A stretch of DNA of 64,000 bases from Pseudomonadota bacterium (GTDB lineage Bacteria > Pseudomonadota > Alphaproteobacteria > JACQOE01). The notes beneath the pieces are model-generated. The model was given only the letters and a program-made list of their open reading frames with translations, had not been told where the DNA came from and ran no database searches. How positions within the stretch are numbered: the first letter of the stretch is position 1; every line of letters begins with the position of its first letter. The stretch covers positions 24,490 to 88,489 of the forward strand of contig JACQOE010000092.1 of NCBI GenBank assembly GCA_016202695.1. Reading direction: 5' to 3'. The position numbers were made by a program, and so were the translations under genes. This document shows positions 27,831 to 35,628 of this stretch, in pieces.

Positions 27831-27922
27831 GGTTCCCTCGTGAGCGCAGGCAGGGAGAGCATCCGGCGGGGAAGGCCCGTACCCGGCCGGATACGCCGGC
27901 CGGGTACGGGGGACTCACGCGG

Positions 27923-29251
27923 TCAGTTGAGCTTCACCGCCTGGATGTCGGCCTTCTTGCCGAATCCCACGGTACGCGGGAACGCGACAAGGTGGCCACG
28001 GGTGGTGATGTTGTTGTCGTGGATGGCGAAGCCAAAGGTGTAGACGCCGCCGTCCTTGAGGGCCTTGTCGTCGGGGTTGGCGAGGTTGAGCGGCCTGGCC
28101 CACTGGACCGTCCAGGTGCCGTCCTTCCACTCGCCCTTGACGTTGGCGTTGTCGGCCGCCGAGCCGGTCGAATCCGCCCGGCTGATCAGGTACTGGGGAA
28201 GCAGATCGCCCTCCTTCCATCCGGCATTCGGATCGAAGGCGACGTCGTTCTGCCCCTTCACCAGCACCTGCGGCTTGTCGGCCTTGCCCACGTCCTCGGC
28301 GCGCAGGGATTTGACGCCCGCCTTGCCCGCGTCGAACATGAACTTGGGCTGCTTGGTGGCGGCGTCCATGTTCGAGCTGAACATGTTCTTGCCGGCGTCG
28401 AAATTCCGGTACTCGAGCACGTAGCCGTCGTCGGCCATGCCGACCGGGTTGGAGCGGTGCGCGCGCCACTGCATCAGCTCGAGGAACTCGCCCTTGGCCA
28501 TCATCTGGTCGATGTCGGCCTTCGACTTGGTCGCCGACCAGGTGGCCGCGTCGTCGGTGCGCGTGCCGGGGATGTACTTGCGCACGTCGCTCTTCTTCAG
28601 CTCCTTGCCGAGGAGCGCGTTGGCCGTCACCTGCTCCTTGGTCGCCTCGCCCGGCATGTCGCGAAGGCCGTTGTGGCAGGTGATCCAGCAACCCTGCTCG
28701 GCGAAGAGCGGGACCTTGCCGTCGTCGAGCATGATCGAGAAGCGGTCCTCGTAGATCGCCGGCTTCTTGCCGCCCTGGACATCCGCGTCGAGCTGCGGGC
28801 CGCCGTAGGACTTCCAATCCTTGCCGTCGAACCGGTACATCGGATAGGCGACTCCCGGGCGCGGCGCCTGGGTCTTCCACTGGGCGCGGATGTAGGCGAA
28901 CTTGGCGTCGTAGGCGACCTGGATGCTGAGATCGTTAGCCCCGGGCTTGCCGCCGAGCTTGGCCGGCTCGATCCGCGGGTCGCCCTTGACTAGCTTCTCG
29001 CCGATGTCCTTCTCCTCGCCCTCGTGGCAGTCGAGGCAGGCCGCGCCCTGCGCCACCTTGCGGTCGCCGCGCTTGTGCTCCGAGCTGCGGAGCCACTGGT
29101 AGCTCGACTGGCCCGGCCAGAAGAGCGTGATCGTCTTGGCCGGCACCTTCGACCAGTCGACCTTCGACCAGTCGACCGAGGGCGGGTCGGCCGCCAGCGC
29201 CGGGCCAGCCAGCAGGAGTGCCGCGCCAGCCGCCAAAACAAGTCGTCTCAT
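27923..29251 (-). CDS. secreted haem protein with an EB_dh-like (cytochrome c-552/DMSO-reductase-gamma-like) domain
   Basis: ATG at 29251 is preceded by AAGGAGGG. Sec signal with cleavage ALA/AD. One CXXCH (CLDCH) and one CX3CH (CWITCH). The C-terminal beta-rich region ends in FGFAIHDNN..GHLVAF. The domain call is from memory of the family pattern. Confidence 0.7.
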   Translation of the reverse strand: MRRLVLAAGAALLLAGPALAADPPSVDWSKVDWSKVPAKTITLFWPGQSSYQWLRSSEHKRGDRKVAQGAACLDCHEGEEKDIGEKLVKGDPRIEPAKLGGKPGANDLSIQVAYDAKFAYIRAQWKTQAPRPGVAYPMYRFDGKDWKSYGGPQLDADVQGGKKPAIYEDRFSIMLDDGKVPLFAEQGCWITCHNGLRDMPGEATKEQVTANALLGKELKKSDVRKYIPGTRTDDAATWSATKSKADIDQMMAKGEFLELMQWRAHRSNPVGMADDGYVLEYRNFDAGKNMFSSNMDAATKQPKFMFDAGKAGVKSLRAEDVGKADKPQVLVKGQNDVAFDPNAGWKEGDLLPQYLISRADSTGSAADNANVKGEWKDGTWTVQWARPLNLANPDDKALKDGGVYTFGFAIHDNNITTRGHLVAFPRTVGFGKKADIQAVKLN

Positions 29252-29436
29252 GATCGATCCCTCCTTCTGTGGTTCGCTTGCGTCCTGTTTCGCGGATCGA
29301 AGGCCGGGGGCGGCGGACTCGCCGGAGCGAGCCGCGCCCTTGCCACCCGTCGCCAACCCCGCCGCCATGATTGTGCGCTGCGGCGTTCGTTGTGCGTCGC
29401 GGTAGGAGCCACATTAAAGGTAACCGCGCCCCGCGG

Positions 29437-29453
29437 CGCATTGATCTAGGTCA
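29437..29453. promoter_or_regulatory. Fnr/FixK/Dnr-like box, copy B (identical 17-mer to 19838-19854)
   Basis: CGCATTGATCTAGGTCA lies about 195 nt upstream of the first cluster gene (minus strand) and about 230 nt upstream of the divergent small gene at 29678. An AT-rich stretch follows. Confidence 0.45.
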
Positions 29454-29677
29454 TAGGTCAAAAAATTAGAATACAACATCGGACTCGCCAGGAAAGCCCC
29501 GCACACGGAAAGGGGAGGCCGGCGCGCTTTCCCATTCGGTTTCGCGCAAGCGTTCGCCGCCGGAGAGTCCCACGTGGGCCGCCCGGGAATAAATCCTCGC
29601 CCGTCCTGTTGAGACGGGTGAGGCCGGCCACGCGAGTCGGTCGCATTCGAAATCACGAGACGGGAGGGTGAACACCC

Positions 29678-29929
29678 ATGCTCAAGCGTATCCTGCTCGC
29701 CGCCGTCGCCAGCGCCTTCCTCGCCGGGCCGGCGCTCGCCTCGAGTTGCCCCAGGCACATGAAGACAGTCGACGACAAGCTCGCCACCAATCCCACCCTC
29801 AGCGCCGCCCAGATGAGCGAGGTGAAGAAGTACCGAGCCGAGGGCGAAACGCAGCACAAGGCCGGCAAGCACAAGGAGTCGCTCGACGCCCTGGCCAAGG
29901 CCGAGGGGATTCTCGGCATCAAGATGTAG
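29678..29929 (+). CDS. small secreted protein, unknown function
   Basis: 83 aa. Signal peptide MLKRILLAAVASAFLAGPALA/SS with a Lys/Glu-rich mature part. A strong terminator follows. Confidence 0.6.
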   Translation: MLKRILLAAVASAFLAGPALASSCPRHMKTVDDKLATNPTLSAAQMSEVKKYRAEGETQHKAGKHKESLDALAKAEGILGIKM

Positions 29930-29963
29930 CCGGTTCCAGCCGCAACCATCCCTCGCATGACTC

Positions 29964-30001
29964 GGGAGGCCTGTTCCCCGGCCTCCCATTTTTTCTTTTT
30001 C
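29964..30001 (+). terminator. rho-independent terminator
   Basis: GGGAGGCC-TGTTCCCC-GGCCTCCC followed by ATTTTTTCTTTTT, 35 nt after the stop at 29929. Confidence 0.85.
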
Positions 30002-30104
30002 GATTCCGGCGCGACCGGGCTTGGGCTAGTGTCCCCTGGCCCGCCCGGCGTTCCGCTCCGGCGCGGCCCGCCCCTGTCATCCCAGCCCCGGGCCCCGGCG
30101 GCCG

Positions 30105-30887
30105 ATGGTCGACCTCAACCCCTTTGCCGACGTCTCTCCGCTCGCGCTCGTCGCGCTCGTCGCCATCTACTTCGTCTCGTTCCTGATTCGCGGCCTGGTC
30201 GGCTTCGGCTCGAACACGCCGGCGGTCATCTTCAGCGCCTTCATCCTGCCACCCCACGATGCGGTGATCGTCTCGCTGGTCGCCGCGACCCTGTCCCAGG
30301 CCCAGCTCCTGCCCCAGGGCCTCAAGGCCGGCGACTGGCGGATCGCTCGCCCGCTGATCGCCGGCAGCTTCCTCTCGATCCTGGTCGGAGTGTGGATCTT
30401 CGCCCGCCTCGAGGCGGCCTGGCTGATGCTGGTGATGGGGGTGCTGCTCGCCGCCGCCATCGCCGCCGACATGGCCCACGCGACCGAGCGGCTGGGCCGG
30501 TGGTTCGATCCCCGCGTGCCGACCTTCGCCTTCGCCCTCGCCGCCTTCGCCGGGCTGTTCGCCACGATCGCCGGGGCGGGGGCGATGTACTTCCTCTCGG
30601 TCTACACCCGCTGGGCCTGCCCGGGCCCGTGGTCCTTCCGGGGGACCAACATCCTGGTCGCGGCGCTGTTCAATTTCTGGCGCGCCGGCGCGGTGGCGCT
30701 GGCCGGGCTGTTCACGCCGAAGCTCCTCGTCGGCGGGGCGCTGATGCTTCCGGTCGCGCTCCTCGGCGGCTGGCTCGGCGGGTATCTGACCGAGCGCATC
30801 CCCGCACGCCGCTTCTACCGCATCCTCCAGGTGCTGCTGCTCCTCGCCGCGGCCAGCCTCGCCTGGAAGGGCTTGGCGCGGATTTGA
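30105..30887 (+). CDS. TauE/SafE-family (DUF81) anion exporter
   Basis: 260 aa, polytopic membrane protein. N-terminus FLIRGLVGFGSNTPAV and overall TauE/SafE pattern. Confidence 0.8.
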   Translation: MVDLNPFADVSPLALVALVAIYFVSFLIRGLVGFGSNTPAVIFSAFILPPHDAVIVSLVAATLSQAQLLPQGLKAGDWRIARPLIAGSFLSILVGVWIFARLEAAWLMLVMGVLLAAAIAADMAHATERLGRWFDPRVPTFAFALAAFAGLFATIAGAGAMYFLSVYTRWACPGPWSFRGTNILVAALFNFWRAGAVALAGLFTPKLLVGGALMLPVALLGGWLGGYLTERIPARRFYRILQVLLLLAAASLAWKGLARI

Positions 30888-30915
30888 GCCGCCGGAGCCT
30901 CGTCGCCGGCCGCAC

Positions 30916-31698
30916 TCAGAACCGCGCCCCGCGGGCGGCGCGCCCGGCGTCGACGGTGACGATGGTCCCGCTCACGAACGACGCCCGCTCGGAGGCGAGG
31001 AAGGCGACCACGCTCGCCACCTCGGCCGGCTCGGCCGCGCGCCCCATGGGCTGATCGGCCAGGAGCTCCCGCCAGCGGGCCTCGTCGCCGAACCTCTTCG
31101 CCGCCCGCCCCTTGAGAAGCGTCACCGCCCGCTCGGTGGCGACCAGCCCCGGGTTCACCCCCACCACCCGCACCCCGTGCTCGACGCTGGTGCCGCCGAG
31201 CGCGCGGGTGAAGGCCATGAGCGAGGCGTTGCCCGCCGAGCCGGCGATGTAGTCGGCGTTCGGCTGCTCGCCCGCCAGCCCGATCACGTTGACGATCACG
31301 CCCCGCCCGCGCGCGCGCATCGCGCCGTAGACCTCGCGGGTGAGGTTGACGTAGCCGAAGACCTTGAGGTCCCACGCCCGGCGCCAGGTCGCCTCGTCCA
31401 CCTGCTCGATCCCGCCGCCGGGGATGGCGCCGGCGTTGTTGACCAGGATGTCGGCTTCCGGGCAGGCAGCGGCGAGTGCGCGCTGGGCGGCGCCGTCGGC
31501 GAGGTCGCAGGTGTGCACCGCCACGGTGACGTTGTGGCGGGCGAGGATCTTGGCCCGCGCCGCATCGAGGTCGGCAGGCGTGCGCGCGGCGAGGTGCAGG
31601 GCGCAGCCCTCGGCGGCGAGCGCCTCGGCGACGGCGAGCCCGATCCCGCGCGAGCCCCCGGTGACGACCGCCGTCTTTCCCGCCAGCCCGAGATCCAT
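30916..31698 (-). CDS. SDR-family oxidoreductase
   Basis: 260 aa. TGGSRGIG cofactor motif, NNAG, classical SDR length. Confidence 0.88.
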   Translation of the reverse strand: MDLGLAGKTAVVTGGSRGIGLAVAEALAAEGCALHLAARTPADLDAARAKILARHNVTVAVHTCDLADGAAQRALAAACPEADILVNNAGAIPGGGIEQVDEATWRRAWDLKVFGYVNLTREVYGAMRARGRGVIVNVIGLAGEQPNADYIAGSAGNASLMAFTRALGGTSVEHGVRVVGVNPGLVATERAVTLLKGRAAKRFGDEARWRELLADQPMGRAAEPAEVASVVAFLASERASFVSGTIVTVDAGRAARGARF

Positions 31699-31749
31699 GC
31701 TCGCCTCCCTTCGCTCGCGCCCGGCCGCCGCCGGCCCGGCGGCGCGGCG

Positions 31750-33222
31750 CTACTTGGCCATCCGGGCGATGGTCGCCGAGGTGCTGTGGCCCGCGACCAG
31801 CTCGGCCAGCAGCACCCGCCCGCCGTAGGAGCGCACGAGGTCGCCCCCGACCACCTCGTCGAGGCGGTAGTCCGACCCCTTGACCAGGACATCGGGACGA
31901 AGGGCCTCGATGAGGCGGATCGGCGTGTCCTCGGCGAAGATCACCACCAGGTCGACGGTGGCGAGCGAGGCGAGCACGGCGGCCCGCGCGGCCTCGCCCT
32001 GGATCGGCCGGCCGCGACCCTTGAGCCGGGCCACCGAGGCGTCGCTGTTGAGCCCCACCACCAGCCGGTCGCACGCCGCCCGGGCCTGCGCGAGCAGCGA
32101 GACGTGCCCGGGATGGAGGAGGTCGAAGCAGCCGTTGGTGAAGCCGACCTTGAGCCCGCTCCGCCGCCAGGTGGCGAGGCGCTCGACCGCCGGCGCGAGC
32201 GCCATCACCTTGGCCTCGCCGGTCAGGAGGTCGCGGGCGTGGAGCGCATGGACCAGCTCGTCGGGATGGGCGACCGCGGTCCCCACCTTGCCGACCACGA
32301 TCCCGGCGGCGACGTTGGCGAGGCGCGCCGCGTCGGCGAGCGGCACCCCGGCGGCGAGCGCGGCGGCGAGGGTGGCGACGACGGTGTCGCCCGCGCCCGA
32401 CACGTCGAACACCTCGCGGGCCTCGGCCCGCAGGTGCCGGACGGTCTCGCGCCGGCCGGCGCCGACGACCAGGGTCATGCCGTCCCCACCGCGGGTGGCG
32501 AGCACGGCGTCGACGCCGATGCGCTCCATCAGCCGCCGCGAGGCGGCCGCGACCTCCTCGTCGCTGCCGGTGGCGAGCCCGGTGGCGGCCGCGAGCTCGC
32601 GGCGATTCGGAGTGATGACGCTCGCCCCGCGGTAGCGCCGGTAGTCGCTCCCCTTGGGATCGACGATCACCCGCTTGCCCGCCTCCCGCGCGGCGGCGAT
32701 CAGGGCCCGCGTCAGCGGGGCGCCGAGGACCCCCTTGCCGTAGTCGGAGAGAACCATCACCCCGACCCCGGGAAGCGCCTCGGCGACAGCGCGCATGAGG
32801 GCGCCGCGCGTGCGCCCGGCGATCGGGGCGAGGGTTTCCCGGTCGGCGCGAAGCAGGTGCTGGCTGGCGGCGATGAGGCGGGTCTTGATCCCCGTCATCC
32901 GGCCCTTCTCGACCACGAGGCGGGCCTCGATGCCCCTCGCCCCGGCGAGCAGCGCCGCCACCTCCCGTCCCGCCGCGTCGTCGCCCACCACGGCGGCGAA
33001 GACCGCCTCGGCGCCGAGCGCCGAGAGGTTCCTCACCACGTTTCCCGCCCCGCCGAGCATGGCCTCCTCGGCGGCGACCTTGAGCACCGGCACCGGCGCC
33101 TCGGGCGAGATGCGCTCGACCTCGCCCGAGAGGTAGCGATCCAGCATCACGTCGCCGACGCAGAGCACGCGCCCGCCGGCGAGCCTCTCCAGGTGGGCGG
33201 CAAGGGTGGAATGATCGGTCAT
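31750..33222 (-). CDS. hldE: bifunctional D-beta-D-heptose 7-phosphate kinase / D-beta-D-heptose 1-phosphate adenylyltransferase
   Basis: ATG at 33222 ([30 protein letters not shown]). N-terminal ribokinase-like domain plus C-terminal cytidylyltransferase domain ([14 protein letters not shown]). Confidence 0.93.
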   Translation of the reverse strand: MTDHSTLAAHLERLAGGRVLCVGDVMLDRYLSGEVERISPEAPVPVLKVAAEEAMLGGAGNVVRNLSALGAEAVFAAVVGDDAAGREVAALLAGARGIEARLVVEKGRMTGIKTRLIAASQHLLRADRETLAPIAGRTRGALMRAVAEALPGVGVMVLSDYGKGVLGAPLTRALIAAAREAGKRVIVDPKGSDYRRYRGASVITPNRRELAAATGLATGSDEEVAAASRRLMERIGVDAVLATRGGDGMTLVVGAGRRETVRHLRAEAREVFDVSGAGDTVVATLAAALAAGVPLADAARLANVAAGIVVGKVGTAVAHPDELVHALHARDLLTGEAKVMALAPAVERLATWRRSGLKVGFTNGCFDLLHPGHVSLLAQARAACDRLVVGLNSDASVARLKGRGRPIQGEAARAAVLASLATVDLVVIFAEDTPIRLIEALRPDVLVKGSDYRLDEVVGGDLVRSYGGRVLLAELVAGHSTSATIARMAK

Positions 33223-33314
33223 CGGCCCGGGCCATCTCCGGCGCCCGCCGGGGCGCCCCCGGGGCCGATTATCGCCGGCGGGCCCGCCGCCGCAAGCGCC
33301 GAGGCCGATCCGGG

Positions 33315-34061
33315 TCAGGTCGAGAGGAAGCGCAGGCCCTCGCCGTCGAGCACCAGGGCGGTGAGCCGGCCGGTCATGAAGGCGCCGGTGTCGATGCCGA
33401 TGCGGTTGGGCCGCACCTCGGGCTCGGGCGTGATGGTGTGCCCATGCACCACCCGGCGGCCGTGGTCGGCGGACGAGAACAGGAACTCCTCGCGAATCCA
33501 CAGGAGGTCGTGGCCGCTCTGGGAGGCGAGCGGCACCCCCGGGCGGATGCCGGCGTGGACGAAGGCGTAGCCGCCCTCCTCGTGAAACAGGCGAAGGGCG
33601 CGGAAGAAGGTGAGATGCGGCCCCTCGATCGCGGCCAGGAGACGCGCCCGCGCCGCCTCGAAGCCGCCGGCGAACAGGAGCGCGGGGGAGAGTTCGACGC
33701 CGTAGCTCGCGAACGTCGCCGCGGCCCCGTTCATGATCCAGGCGAAACCGATCGAGGAGTCGTCGAGGAAGGCGGTCAGGAAGTCCTCGTGATTGCCCTT
33801 GAGATAGACCGCCTCGAAGCCGGGAAGCGGCCCGCACAGGAGACGGTCGACCACCGCGCGCGAGGCGGGCCCCCGGTCCAGGTAGTCGCCGAGATAGACC
33901 ACCACCCGGCGCGTCGCCGGGCGGGCGGCGGCATCGGCGCGGATCTGGTCGTGCAGCCGATCGAGGAGATCGGCCCGGCCGTGGATGTCTCCGACCGCAT
34001 AGACCCTCGTCCCCGGGGGCAGCGAATAGGGGGAGCCAGCCGCCTGGCGCGCATCGCCCAT
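33315..34061 (-). CDS. metallophosphoesterase (Ser/Thr phosphatase / ApaH-like)
   Basis: ATG at 34061. Motifs GDIHG, GDYLDRG, GNHE and VHGH in the canonical order. Confidence 0.8.
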   Translation of the reverse strand: MGDARQAAGSPYSLPPGTRVYAVGDIHGRADLLDRLHDQIRADAAARPATRRVVVYLGDYLDRGPASRAVVDRLLCGPLPGFEAVYLKGNHEDFLTAFLDDSSIGFAWIMNGAAATFASYGVELSPALLFAGGFEAARARLLAAIEGPHLTFFRALRLFHEEGGYAFVHAGIRPGVPLASQSGHDLLWIREEFLFSSADHGRRVVHGHTITPEPEVRPNRIGIDTGAFMTGRLTALVLDGEGLRFLST

Positions 34062-34277
34062 GGCAAGACAATGGGACCGGGGGCACGGGCGCTCAAGGCC
34101 GAGAGGCACATCGGCGATTGAATTCCGGCCGTCGCCGCCCACCTAGCCGGGTGTGGATGGGCCCCTCGGGCCGCGGGGGGCGACCGGCGCCGCCCGACCG
34201 TGGTATACTCTTCCGGAGTCGGCCGCAGCCCCAAGAGACGCGGCGAAGGGACCGATTGAGAGCAGGGATAGGGAGTG

Positions 34278-35543
34278 ATGCCACCGAACGAACCGTCCAA
34301 GATGTCGAGCAATTTCCCGGAGGTCCAGCTCGTCGACTACATCCGCCGGCTCGAGAACCACCGGATGGGGCGGCACGCGGTGCAGATCCACCTCTCGCGC
34401 CTCAAGCCCCATAACCGGCGCGAGCACCACCTGCGCATGGCCTACAACAACTTCGAGTCCCAGGTCACGGACCTCGAGGGGCAGACCTTCCACCTCTACA
34501 ACAACGACCTCTTCTACGTTTTCAAGGCGCCGAACCGCGACCAGGTGCAGACGGCGATCTTCAAGCTCAAGTTCGTCTTTCGCGACGACCCGCTCCTGAA
34601 CGTGCCCGAAGAGGACGCCGAGGGGTTCGTCACCTGGTACAACGTCGAGCGCCAGTACGACCAGATATTGCGCACGGCCCAGCGCCTGGTGCAGGACGCC
34701 CGCGCCCAGGACGAGGCCGACCGCGCCAAGGCGGTGGAGAAGACCACCGCCGCCGAGGAGAGCGCGGGCACGCCGATGACCTCGGACCTGCTGGGGCGCG
34801 TGGTCGAAGCGCTGGCGCGCGCGGACCTGTCGAACCTGATGCGCCGCCAGTCGGTGGCGGCGATCATCGGCAATGCGCCGCCGCAGGCGGTGTTCGCCGA
34901 GCTCTACGTCTCGATCAAGGACCTGCGCGACACGCTCCTGCCCGACGTCGATCTCACCGGCAACCGTTGGCTTTTCCAGCATCTCACCGAGACCCTCGAC
35001 CGGCGGATGCTTTCGCTGCTGACCAAGAACGACGACGCCTCGGTCTTCGGCGACATCTCGATCAACCTCAACGTCTCGACGCTGCTCTCGACCGACTTCC
35101 TGCGCTTCGACGACAACGTCAAGGCGGGCATGCGGGGCACGATCGTGGTCGAGCTGCAGGCGATCGACATCTTCTCCGACCTCGGCGCCTTCGGTTTCGC
35201 CCGCGACTTCGCGCACGAGCGCGGCTACCGCATCTGCGTCGACGGACTGACCCATCTCACCATCCCCTTCGTCAGCCGCGAGCGGCTGGGGGTCGATCTC
35301 CTCAAGATCAACTGGCACCCGTCGATGCCGCTCTTCGTCCGCGGCCCCGAGGGCGAGGAGTTCCGCAAGCTCATCAAGCAGATCGGCGAGACCCGGATCA
35401 TCCTCTGCTGGTGCGGCGATGCGGGCGCGATCGAGTTCGGCCAGTCCCTCGGCATCACCCTCTATCAGGGCCGCCAGATCGAGCAGATGCTCAACGAGGA
35501 GACGCTTGCCCGGCGCAGCGGATCGACGCGCGCGGGCCGATAG
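34278..35543 (+). CDS. protein with a degenerate EAL-like C-terminal domain and an unknown N-terminal domain
   Basis: 421-422 aa (GTG 34275 or ATG 34278). The EAL scaffold is recognisable (ISINLNVS, VVELQ, ICVDGL, LLKINW, LYQGRQI), but the DDFGTG and EGVE positions are not conserved. Confidence 0.6.
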   Translation: MPPNEPSKMSSNFPEVQLVDYIRRLENHRMGRHAVQIHLSRLKPHNRREHHLRMAYNNFESQVTDLEGQTFHLYNNDLFYVFKAPNRDQVQTAIFKLKFVFRDDPLLNVPEEDAEGFVTWYNVERQYDQILRTAQRLVQDARAQDEADRAKAVEKTTAAEESAGTPMTSDLLGRVVEALARADLSNLMRRQSVAAIIGNAPPQAVFAELYVSIKDLRDTLLPDVDLTGNRWLFQHLTETLDRRMLSLLTKNDDASVFGDISINLNVSTLLSTDFLRFDDNVKAGMRGTIVVELQAIDIFSDLGAFGFARDFAHERGYRICVDGLTHLTIPFVSRERLGVDLLKINWHPSMPLFVRGPEGEEFRKLIKQIGETRIILCWCGDAGAIEFGQSLGITLYQGRQIEQMLNEETLARRSGSTRAGR

Positions 35544-35628
35544 TCCCGACCTCGGGGTTGCCGGCGGGCGCCCCGTCCCCGATTCCCCCGCGCCAGAGCC
35601 GCACCCTTCGCAACCCCGTCCCTTGGCC

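Noticed and set aside
19838-29453. The two identical 17-mers as att-type direct repeats bounding a mobile island
   Set aside because: There is no integrase, transposase or tRNA at either end. The GC content and codon style of the enclosed genes look like the flanks, and the cognate TorD-like chaperone would be left outside the island. The internal TTGAT-N4-GTCA structure fits a Crp/Fnr-type site better. It is kept only as the alternative explanation in the finding.
30815-33235. 806-aa minus-strand ORF across the SDR and hldE genes, with similar long off-frame ORFs at 1903-4071, 3891-5435, 5793-7082, 37198-39755, 41257-43044 and 59477-61309
   Set aside because: They are off-frame or antisense to homologous genes. 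Their Arg/Pro/Gly/Ala-dominated translations lack motifs, and they overlap several independent real genes at once.
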